From: Tubiluchus corallicola
Lineage: Eukaryota; Animalia; Priapulida
NCBI GenBank assembly: GCA_030141605.1
Contig: JAQGDQ010000086.1
Coordinates: 243,418 to 307,417 of the forward strand
Length of the DNA stretch: 64,000 bases
Reading direction: 5' to 3'
This document shows, one piece after another, positions 1 through 12,100 of the stretch. How positions within the stretch are numbered: the first letter of the stretch is position 1; every line of letters begins with the position of its first letter. The notes beneath the pieces are model-generated. The model searched no databases and was not told where the DNA came from. It was given only the letters and a program-made list of their open reading frames with translations. The position numbers were made by a program, and so were the translations under genes.

Positions 1-133
1 CACACTTTCTTTCCTTTACATCCTGGTGACTTGCCTAGAACTTGTTAACCATGTAAATCATCATTTTGTGTCATAACTGTAATTCTGTATTCAGTACGTC
101 TCATAAATTATTTTTAGAGCTACGTCATCAGCC

Positions 134-3100
134 ATGGCAACCGGAGGTGGCGATGCTTCTGCTGTTCCTGTTCCCACTTTTAAAGTATTAAAAGGAACAA
201 AAGTAAATGCAAGATATGCTAGTCGACGAAACGTGAGTTGTTAATTTAACATTACGAGTGATTTTATTAAATTTAGAAAAGCTAGTAAATAGATTAGTAA
301 TGTTAATTCATTTTTTGTTACTAAACGTGAAGGATAGGAAATGTGAAAAAGCTGAAATACTGTCTGGATTTGAACTAGGACCTTCTGCTTGTAGGTCTAA
401 GGCATTTGCTTGCAACTTGCAAGGCAGATACCTTTAGACCACTAGGCCACTATGTTCTCCAGTAACTAAGATTGTCCAAAGTTCAACCTTATATATAGTT
501 AGTCAACCAAATGCATTTCTAATGTTTAAATTAATCAAAATGAAAATTTATTATTAGCTAGAATGTATGAGCAATCTAACATTGGGAATGCTGAATTTGG
601 TTGGCCATTTATAAGAGATGGGCTTTGGATAACCTTGATCAGTGAGAAATATGGTGGTTTAAGGCGTCTGCCTTATAATAATAAGGTCTATGGTTCAGAT
701 CCAGATGTACTCCAACACTTTCACGTTTGCTGTCTTTCAATCAAATGTTTGGCATCAAAATTAATTGTGGATGTGTATTGGTGTAATGGGTAATGGTTAA
801 CCTGTTAATTAATGACCATGTAATTCTGGGTGTTAGTTTGCGTAGAGGTGTTTTTTTAAAAATGGTCTGCCTTCCATCACAATTATATGTTCAATATCAC
901 TTGATAAAGTACCTCAGTCAAGCCTGTTTGAAAATTTAAAAAAAGGCATCCTGTGAGAGACAGTAAAGATAATACTGATGTACTGATGTTCCACAGGCCT
1001 GTATTTGGCAACCAAGCTTGACATGCTTCTGGAGTGCTGATTTAAACTATTTGAACAAAAAGGCCCATTGATCAGGGGTAAAAATATTAGGTGGCTGAAA
1101 TAGTATTAGTATTTTATTGACCTTGATCTGAACAAAATTACCACTTTTAAACCGACTTGCATGTTCCTGCTAAATATGTACATTACAAACACAGTGTGTG
1201 GTGCCAAATCATTTGGACATTTCAAATCCACATTTTGTGTGCTGCCTATGTTGCCACCGAATCTTACCATTCCAAAGCCATGTAACTGTGCCACATAATC
1301 TGCGCATTCCTTTTACCTGCAGTTTGTATGTTGTCATGTAACCTGCAAATTCCAAACCCGTAGTTTGTGTGCTGTCACATTGCCTCCACATTCCCAATCC
1401 ACTGTATATGTGCTAGCACATTCCGACTCTAAGCCCACAGATTATATGTTGCTACATAATTCACACATAGAACCCCGCACTATGTGTGCTGCCACATAAT
1501 TTGTATAATCTGAACCCACAGCATGCGTGCTGCCACATAATTTGCACATTCCGAACCCCAGTATGTGTGCTGCCATTTAATCTGCACATTCCGAACCCAC
1601 AGCTTTTATGCTGCCACATAAACTGCACATTTCTGACTTGCAATTCGTGTGTTATATCTGCACATTCTGAACTTTGTGTGTGCAATGTAACTGCACGTTC
1701 CAAATTCAAATTGCATTAATCGCTTTGATTTACCACCTCGTAAGCAGTACAATAGTTTGTGTACCCTTAACCATTTAGTGTGACACTTTGGGCACAAAAA
1801 ATGCACTAGACTAATCATGCTGTTAATAAATTAATTTTTAAGCTCACATCGCATGTTACGATACTACAAATCATTAATAATGTTGTTATTATTGAATGTT
1901 GTTAGGTGTATCCGATGGATTCTACACCACGTGGCTACTGCATGATTATTAATAATGTGGAGTTTGATACAAGAGAGGGTACAGACGAGATTGGCAACAA
2001 TATCGAATTCACACCAGAAACTAGATATGGTTCCGATGTGGACGAAGTAAAGTTGAAGAGTCTCTTTGACCAACTGGGATATGTTGTTCACCCAACAGAG
2101 TCAAATTTGACGTCTGAGGTATATAAGTTTTGTGTAGGACAAATACTGGCCAAGTAATGTTTTGTTTGTTCAAACTAGGCTATACCTGAGGTATATAAGT
2201 TTATGTGGAACACGTGCAAATGCTATCAAATAACTTTTTGTTTGTTCAAGCTAGGCCACGTGCAAAGTCTGCATATGAGTAAATGCAGAAAATTTATGGC
2301 AACATTAGCTATCAACAAATGTTACTTATTACTGTAATTCCTTCAGTTACTGTAATTTCTGGTTTGTGATGCAGCAAGAACAGATGTTGTGTCTTGGCTG
2401 GCAGCATAGTAAGCACTGGTATGAAGCAGTGCATAAATTGTAGGGAAACTGAGCATAGTTCCTTGGCAATTGGCTGAATGGCAAGAGATATTATTGCTCT
2501 GCCACCATATCTCTTATTTCTAAAAATATTGTAAGTTCTCAAAAATTGACCACAAGATGTAGCTTTCAGTGATCCATGTCAAAGACTAAGAAATGAATGA
2601 CAGCTTCAAGTGCAAAGCATTTACACATAATGTTTTTTTCAATGCACAAAAAACATTATGTTACAAACCTGAGTTTGGAGCTCAGTTAACAAAAGTTTTG
2701 TTTTGCAAAGCATATTCGTTTACCGTATTTATTATAGTCAGTTCAAGAAATTGGACAGCGCTGGAGCTCTTTGTAAGCAAATACAATTGTATAATCCTAT
2801 TTTTAGAATTATGCTCATTTTTGCTTCCAGCAAATGATGTCTGTCCTTGAAAAGTTTGCAAAAGATACAAGGCATGTTGATGTTGATTCATGTGTTGTGA
2901 TAATACTGACCCATGGTAACAAAGGTGACCTGTTATTCACTAGAGATGGCCATTTGGACTTTGTTGAGCATATTTTGCCTTTATTCAGTGGTATGCCATT
3001 ACTTATTTTAAAAATTGTAATTAAGTATTTTAACCAGATGTAACACAGTCAAGACATGACTGTAACATGCCTAACTTTTGTGTTTGACAAGACAAGTTTA

Positions 3101-6100
3101 TGACCAGGCGCTCCCACTTGCAACACCGGTAACTGACAGGACCATTTAATCCTTGCCTAGGTATGGTTTAAGCCTTACTTTCTTTCAAAGTCTTTTAAGA
3201 TTTCACCAAAAGCTTAAATGCTTTCCCCGTGAAAGTGATTTTGACGTTTTTGCAACTCTAATGTCTTTATTGCAAATAATATAGTCATAGCTTCTTGCTT
3301 AAGCTATAGTGATATAACTGATAATTAACAAGTTATGCCACTTTGCATAAAGTCTTGGGTTTTGTATAAAAATAGCATTTGAATGGACCTTTTGTCTTGT
3401 CCTTTTCCTGGTTATGGTAAGTCAAAAAGCAAAAGTTTGATGTATGCTTTCACTATGTAGTTTTCTAACACACGCATATCTTTAAGAAAGTATTTTAATG
3501 GTAGAATAAATTCTATATAATGACAAAATTAATTCATGTTTCTAGGGCGCAGTGCTGTTCATTTGTCAGGAAAGCCAAAAATATTTATCATTCAAGCTTG
3601 TCGTGGAGGTAGGTAACCAGTGAAATTGTTTTCATTTTGGTATCTTTTATCACTAAAGCCTTTGCAGCAACTGTGTAATAACACAATTCCCCAATTCATA
3701 AAATGACAGCCTTTAACAAATTTTACAACTTTAATTTGGCATTATTAATAATTGTGAGTTTCACATTCAGAGTTTCAGTCAAGTAATTTTGACATAGGTA
3801 TAGGTGCGGACCCAATGATTGCAGTGTAGTGCTTGATGACTGAGTTTGAGAATATTAATGATATCTAATTAATGAATATTAAATGAATATTAATGCTAGT
3901 TAGCGAACAGATGAGTGAACTGCTTCAGTTCTTACTCTGGGCAATTTTATGCTGAACATGGCCTCTCAAGCGAAGAACGTATTCATATTTGAATGTAACT
4001 TAGATACTTCTGCCAGTTCAGTGCATGATAGATGATGAGTTATGCCAGTTTGCTACAACCACGTAATTTTAGTATTAAGCGCCTGTCGCTGAATTGTGGT
4101 TTCTGGCTTGCAGGATTCCGAATCGTATAAAAAGGGACATACCTGAGAGTTGAGCTTCATCCTTTTGGCTACGAAAAATAACTTATGAGCCTTAAGAGAG
4201 ATATAATTTACTAAAATAAGTTTCTGCATATAGTCTTAAAATCTTTTGTTAAAATTCATTTTGTCTATTGTTAACAGTGAAAATTAGCTGCCCTTTTTGG
4301 CAAATTAGTTGTATCACCATTTCTGTGAACAATTACCAGATTCAGGTCCTGCACTGTACACGCACAAGCCATTTATTTCTCTCTCTGGCTCTTGTAGTAT
4401 TATACATTCATGGGCGTATTATCTGCCGCTGTACATTACTATGTGCTGTACGTACATGGGCACATCTTTGCTGCTGCGCATACTTATTATGTACTGTACA
4501 TACATGGGCACGTCTTTGCTGCTGGGCATACTTATTATGTACTGTACGTACATGGGCACATCTTTGCTGCTGCGCATACTTATTATGTACTGTACGTACA
4601 TGGGCACATCTTTGCTGCTGTACATACTTACTAACCAGAAAGAACTCAGAAGTCGATTCTTTTTTTTCTACACAGATAAGAGCCAGCAGCCAAATGAAAC
4701 ATCTGCGTCATCAGAAAAAGGTTTACCTAAAGATGGTGCTGGACACGGAGACGACAGACTAACGCAAGATGCAGCTTTTAGCTTTGTTACAAAACAAAGG
4801 TTACCACAGAAGAAGAAGCGGCCAAATGTTGGAGATATAATTGTGTGTAGAGCATCTGTGCCAGGTAGATTATTACTTTTTCTTGAAAACTTGAGCAGTT
4901 TGTTTAGGTAAGACTTGTCAAATTCGCAATATTTAACCCTGAGTGAATCTTGCATTTGGAAACGTTGAATTCAATGATGCACTGTTAGAATTGAAATAGA
5001 AATTGTGTAGCCTGCTAATGTAGCATATTTGAATTAATAAGCTGAAGGTATATGACTCAGTATTAGTGTGAGATATTTCAAATTTCCGTGTTGTTCATTC
5101 AAGAGATTTTGAAAATTTAAAATCTGTGTTCAATCATAGTTAGTTTACTAAACTTATCTGTTTGCAGTTAGATGCTTGCTTCTCATTGTTATTTAATACT
5201 GTTTAATGATCTGCAAGCTAATATCCAGGATTCAGTAACAACCAAAAGAACTACAACTTGTATCAAGACAACTAGAAGTCTCTTTTAGCCAGTTCAGTTT
5301 CTTTGTATACTGTATTTCCAAAATAATGGAAAAAATTGATTTTCATGTTACCAAATATTCATTATATTATATTTCATCATATCTTGTCGTATAGGGTAAC
5401 GAAAAAGAGGCGAATAAAAGAAAAGAATTACAAGAATTAATTTCCAAACTAAATTTTAGCACGTGGTATTTGGAAATGTTGTGCTCTTTCTTTTTTTTTC
5501 TTCGTGTTTTGATTGTGGGTCTTTTTTATTCATTTTTGCTAATATTCTCTGTTGTTAAGAATTAATCCGTGTTATCATGTAGGCTATGCTTCAATGAGAT
5601 CTCCAAAGAAGGGTACATGGTTCATAAGAAAACTAGTGAATGAATTTGCTCAAAATGCTAGCTGTCTGCATATTCATGAATTAATGACTAGGGTAAGTTT
5701 GTGTTGTGTTTTTGATCTGTTTTAACTAACATGAACGTGTGATCCTGATTACTTTGAAGAATGTAAGCTTAAAGGAAAACAGGATGATATTTCACTTCCT
5801 TCCCAGTTCGTAATATGGTAGAAACACATTTTAACACCTATAAGAATGCCAAAGTTTGTCTGATAATTAAATAATAGATTAGAAACTGAGTTAACAGTCG
5901 ATGAGTCAATTAATGATGACATCACGACTGAACGTAATTTTTAACAACACAGACATTCCTTGATCATGTTCCACGTGTTTGCAAAAAAGAAAGTTGAAGT
6001 ACTATGCTACTGTGTACAACATTCAGTGTGATGTACAATAGCTTCAAGTTTACGTTGTGCTCCCGCTTGAGCTCTTGAACATGTGCACTATGTCATCACC

Positions 6101-9100
6101 GAATACCTCTGAACTGAGAGTTACTGTATCTGTTTTTGTGCAAACACGTTTGCGAGACGCAGGTCCTAGTGCCCATCGGAGTAACGAAAGGCAAAATGCA
6201 TGGAACTAGCCGCGTGAACGCAAAATTACCATTATGTGGTAATAATTCTTTCACATAAGTCATTCTTGAAAAAAACTAGTGTGTTCCCTTTCAATATTAT
6301 ACAGGGTAGATTATTTTGATCTACAGTTTAAGATTGGATCCGGATTTGCTTTAAACCAACAACTGAAACGTGGTAAAAGTAAAACCTTGCATTTGAGATG
6401 AAATGGTCTATAGCTGTATACAATCTATCTGTTTCATTTTATAGGTAATAGGTCCCTCTAGATAAAACTGTATGTTAGTTTATCACGTATGAAAAATTCT
6501 GATTTTGCAACATGCATCGATCTTCCTGCAGTTACTTTGGTACGATTTGTAAGGAGAGTGACATCCTCCTGAAGTTGACCGGCTCACTCAGTACACATTT
6601 ACTAAATTAAACAAATTATTTTAATGTATAACTATTGTGCAACGTGCAGGAGTGGAGCATAATATTTGCCTCCCTTTGTTATCAGTGCGCTAGTAATGTG
6701 CACTGGCCAGTGCCACACAGTAGATACTAACAGAACTGTAGTGTTGTTAAAATTCAGTGGCAATGAAGAAATTGTATGATTTGTGTTCACAAACAAAAAC
6801 AACCACTGGTGCATTTTGAATAACTACTCTGTTATGTTAATAACAAGCATTCATTTATTACACCCTGAAAGCCTGAAAAAAGAAGTTTTATTACACTCTG
6901 AGAGCCTAAACAAACAAGTTATGTGGCAAAATTTAGTGTTTTCCCCACAAGGCAATTTGACTGAGTTGTTATATACCAGACTTCTTAATTACTTAACTGC
7001 AAGCTTTATCAGTGAATCAGTTACCGCAGCCAGCTCAGCTAGTACAGCGCTGAGCACTATTAATACAGCGTAGGGATTTGGGGAACTAAAATGATCTATG
7101 TTATCCTTTTTGTGTTTATTTGTATCTTCGTTAGTGGCCTGAAACAGCTTTTCAAGGTTAATTGTTACTAGTATAATAACCTTTTTGCATAATTAGCCTC
7201 CTCTTAAAGAAATGATAGTTTCTTGTTTGTAAGTCACCTCTAAGTCAAAAATGGTTTGGTCTGCCATCTCCCTACTGTCTGTTAGCCTGACAGACTTTCA
7301 AGACAGTGGTTAGTAGTCTGCTAGTATGTACCTACTGACTATTGTCGAAGTGCAAAGCAGAAGATGACATTTAAATTTTAAATTCTCTAATATTAGATAT
7401 CGCATTACAAATAATGTCTGCATTTTCATTATTGGAACCAGGTAGCCATATTAGGTCGAGTACCTAGGTATCGATGGAAACAGTACAGAACTGCACAAAC
7501 TTTTCCTCTTGTAGTCTATCTGAAACCTCTATAAAGATTTCTGAGCTGTACTTCATTATAAAATTTAAGTAATGTGTGTGCGTGCGGTGTGTGTGTGCGT
7601 GCGTGCGTGCATGCGTCTACCTCAAACCTCTGTAAAGATTTCTGAGCTGCACTTCATTATAAAATATGAGTAATATGTGTTTGTGTGTGTGTGTGTGTGT
7701 GGTGTGTGTGCATGCTTGTTAATAGTGACTTGTTGTTGTGTTGTACAAATGATAAACTCTGTACAAGTAATGCTTTGTAAAACCTTTTTTAGGAATCATG
7801 TATTTAGCACATTTCTATGTCATCCAAAAAGTGGTTTTGCGTCGACAGTAGTCAAAATAACCAGTTCCATGTTTTTGGCGAGTGAAATGGAACACAGAAA
7901 AAAGACAGCGATTAAGGCACATTAGCATATCTTTCTTAATCCTTAACATAGATATACTGCTGCTTTTGTTAGAGCAGCCTAGGCCTCAGTTTTAAATATT
8001 TATGGAATTGTACTGTTTTAGGTGCACCGTCAAGTGTTTGAATTGAAAGGCCGTCAAGAGAGGATGCGTGCAGATGGTGTTGGTTTTGAAAAGTTTCTTG
8101 TTGCTCAAGTTCCTGAATTGGAGTCTTCATTGATGACTCGACTGTTCTTCAATCCCCCACTTGTAAGTGCCTAATTTGCTGCCGTAAGCATATATATATA
8201 TCTTCCCAGGAATTTTTCATTACAATTATTATTTGATGAACATTAAGCAAACTCTTTGGCATGTACTTACTCGTAGTGAGTAAAGATGTTAATACTGAAT
8301 AATTCTGTTGTGATTTTATTACAAGCTTCATTCATAGTTATATCTTCACTGCCTTGCCACTTGCCAGCCTGCCAGTCCAAATTCAGTAACCTATTTTAAT
8401 CACAGGATAAAATTTTGAATCAGATACAATTTTAAATTTACCAAAAAAGTTTTGGCTAGTGAGTACTGCATATTTTTAACTTTCACTTATTCCAGTGTAA
8501 AACAGTTTTAACCCAGACTTTGTCTCCAGGACTGTGAATAGCAAGTTTGATTTCATTTTTACAGTCCACCACAAAAAATGTAGTGTACTTTCGTTTTTGA
8601 GTTGGTTTTTCTACTAAGTCACAAAAGTGTCCATGCTTTAGCATTTTTATTATGCAAACAATGATATTGACAACAATGATGATGATGTGATGATCCATTT
8701 TCTTTTTGTAGCAAATATCTTTTTATAAACAGCAGAAATTTTTCAAATATTGTTTAGTTTAGTTTAGTTTAGTTTAGCTTAGCTTAGCTTAGCTTAGCTT
8801 AGCTTAGCATAGCTTAGCTTAGCTTAGCTTAGCTTAGCTTAGCTTAGCTTAGCTTGGTTTAGTTTAGTTTAGTTTAGTTTATTCTATTTTCCATAACAAA
8901 TTATGTGATTTTTGACATCCAATGTAAGTTGTTAAAATGTTATTAGAAAATTTTTTTCCATTTCAGGAAACTGGTCCAGTTGGATTGGGTACAGCACTTG
9001 CTTACTGGCACTGGATTGGTTATCCTGCAGTTATCAAAAATGATTTTGTAAGTGAAATATCAAAGTGGAAGGAAGAGAACAGTTTAGAGCATGTTATCTT

Positions 9101-12100
9101 GAAACAGATTATTGTCTATTCGCAAAGTTGTCTAGGAACACTGCCGGGAAATAAGCATGTCTCTGACGAATTTGAAAAGTTTAAAAAAGTTGCTCATGCA
9201 TTTAAAATCACGAAAGACATGGCCGGGATGAAAGGTCGGAAATACGGAGTTACTGTTTGGCCTGTCAAGTCAGACAAGAAGAAATTCAATGTTGCAGTGG
9301 ACTACCCAACTGCTATACAAGCTATTCCGGCCAACACTAATAATATACGACAGCAGCTAGGAGAAGTAGCTGCATTTCACAAGGCCTTGCAATGCATTTT
9401 GGTACAAGAAAGTGTTGATTCACCTGACAGTGTTCCATTTGTATTGCTACCATACGACGACGAATGGGAATCACTTCGGGCCGTCCTGAGAGAAGCCTGC
9501 AGACAGTTTAAAAAGCCTAACTTTGCCTTCAGTTCCTGTTTAAGGAGTCCAGGTACTGACTGGGATTTTCCTGCCTGGGTGAATGAGTCAGACACTAGTT
9601 ATTTTAATCTCACTGCTGAGATGCCAGTCGGATTTCTAATAGCTGAAAGGTTTGTATGGTTTTCTAGCTTTAGGTCCCCTGCTAGCTAGTGAAATTTCTG
9701 AAAAAAACTGTCAAATAATAATTGCAAATCTGCTTCTTACAATAGTTTAATTTCTTAACGATGTACAATTTGTTAACAGGTTTCTTTGCACTTATATTTT
9801 TTTGGTATAGGTATGCTGGACTCTACTTCCACCACTATTCAATAAATCTTCAGCAGCGCTTGAGTCGGTTTAAACGACCAGGTGCACAGCAAAACATTGA
9901 TTCGGATAGTGATGATGACGACGATGACGGAGATGATGAACTGGTGGAAAAAGACAGTGAGGCATGTAAAATATTTACATATTGTTCTGCCGTCAGGTTC
10001 TCGTAGTCGGGTAGTTGTGATAGCCCCTGGATGGTTTAAACTAGAGCTATTGGTTGCAGGGATGAGAATTTTCCGCAGATACGCGGAATTCCGAGTTCTT
10101 GGAAGATCAATAGTGCCATTTTGGTAAATTGCGTAAATTCGTTGAGCAAATCTTTCGGGGTTGAACCTCGTTTTCGTCGAAATCGTAACTGAAACATTCA
10201 GTAGCATTTTTCGAGTATTTATCCAGCTTACCTTTTATCTCCTATATGTTAAAAATCACTGAAACAGTTTGGCTAAAATAGTTAAAATAAAGCGTAAATA
10301 TCGTTTATTTGATAATCTGTACGATTTGTAGTATTTCTTTTACAGCAATGCGGCATATCTTCATTGCTGACAAATGTGAAGCTTTGAGACCTCCAGACAC
10401 AAACAACCGAAATACCAAAGCATAATTTGAATAAAACCAAGTTTAGTTTTATAATTTATGAAATATAGGCAACAAAATATATACAAAATAAAATTTGTTA
10501 ATTTTTTGACGCTTCACGATCATATGTATCATGTATCCTTGATAGTTGGGTATTTTAAATTATGCATGAAACAAGGTACAGTAATTGATGTTTTAAGTCC
10601 ACTTAGAGGCTCTCTGAGGTCACAAAATTGCAATTTGTTGCTGGCTCCAAGGGGGCTTCACCCCCTTTAACCCTATGGGGGCTTTGCCCCTCAACCCCAC
10701 TGGGGCCCCCAAACCTCCGGCCTGTTTCAGAGTTTTTTGCAATTTGTCATTCTCATTCCTGCGGTTAGCGATAGGCCTCGGTTCGAATACCATATCCTGA
10801 AACGAGTTTAGTGAACCAAACGACTGAGAGACATTTACCAGCTTTCAAAGAGCAGCATAAGTCCTTTCCAAAATCTTGACCAAAGTAGTAATTTTATATA
10901 ATTAAAATTTTAATGTTTGAAGTAATCGAAATGAACAAATAGTTGGCTAAACATAAAGCATAAGAAAGAGAATCTACCCTTGAGGGTTCACCACTCCGTT
11001 ATATTAGTGCTGAAACAGTTTAAAGATTGGTCTTGGGAGAGTGGAAGCAGGCTTGTCCTGTTTGGTACTCAAACCAGCCAGCAACCACTGAACTCAAGGA
11101 AACAGAATATGCACTTATATTTATAGACTTTGCACAGGTGAAGCAGAGTACTAATTTAAATTTAAGCCAATCAGAAAGTATGATGTGTGAATTTTATGCA
11201 GGTAAAATTATTACCTTATTATCTACAAGGGTGTTTTATTTTAAAGTGACTTTGAAATAACATACATGCCATATATCTGCATCCGTGAGTGAGTGAAAGT
11301 TTGAACTCAAAACAGGGTGAAGTCAGCCCTGCAACAATATGTTTGTGTCACACACAGAATGGGTTGTTTGTGAGCTCATCTTTTTCTTGCGGTGCGAAAC
11401 AATATAAGCTAATAAATGTAAAATTATTTGTGTCTGAACTGTCTCGCTCAATTTAAAATCGTTAAACGGTAAGCACCGCATAATTAATTTGTCAAAATAA
11501 AATTGTAAACCAAGTAAGGTTTGACACAACATCTCATGAAATGCTTGTGATGTGCTTTGTCATCTTGTGTTTAAGCTTTGCTGGGTAATCCTTTCTGGCA
11601 AAAAGAGAGATAGTTAATCATATTCAATAATCTCACTTTTAATTTAAAAAGACAAATGTTAAGAAAATTGTCTTTATAGAAAATTTACCAATTTATGTGT
11701 TTTGGCTTTAATTTCATTTATTATTTTTTTGCAACAGCGTGTTAAATTTACAATCAACAAACTGCTTGTTCTGCTTCCATCTTCCTGCTATGTTCTTGAT
11801 TCACTGGAAAGCGTAGTTGGTATAGAAGTTATAGGTAACACAGACGACTTACAGGGAGACTCTGCCAAGATCTTTCTTTCAGACAAGCAGCGATACGTTG
11901 GGCATAGTACAGTTTACAAGCTGGATGATGACTACTTTATCGCTGAATTTGCTACGCCATTACGTTGCCTCAAGTTCATGAGAGACCGTGGTGTGCTAGG
12001 TGAAGATAGCAATTTGCTCAGCACATTTTATGAACAGTTCCGTATTAGGCTGGAAAGTTTGCTAGATGAGAACACCATTTGGGAGAAAAATTTTCATGTA

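Larger units (their letters stand above)
1906..8162 (+). other. Caspase (peptidase C14A) p20+p10 domain exons of the fusion gene
   Basis: Catalytic His (LTHG, exon 2831-2990) and Cys (QACRG, exon 3546-3608) are present. S1-pocket arginines lie in RYGSDVD and SMR. The intersubunit linker in exon 4676-4864 has a candidate processing site LTQD|AA. Confidence 0.95.

Noticed and set aside
1150-1720. Regularly spaced repeats resembling a CRISPR array (also 55310-55692)
   Set aside because: Head-to-tail degenerate units with no unique spacers, intronic in a eukaryote, and no cas genes.
4268-4675. Long overlapping ORFs with repeated Cys/His/Tyr-rich peptides
   Set aside because: Produced by the 48-bp tandem repeat being open in several frames. 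Only 4676-4864 is a real exon.
8753-8880. TTAGC/TTTAG array as an interstitial telomere
   Set aside because: Not TTAGGG, TTAGG or TTAGGC. An ordinary compound microsatellite.
8937-8966. In-frame ATG suggesting a separate STING-only gene
   Set aside because: It lies in the branch/pyrimidine tract of a strong acceptor (MLLENFFPFQ is typical intron read-through) and no promoter is evident. Less likely than the fusion, but not formally excluded.
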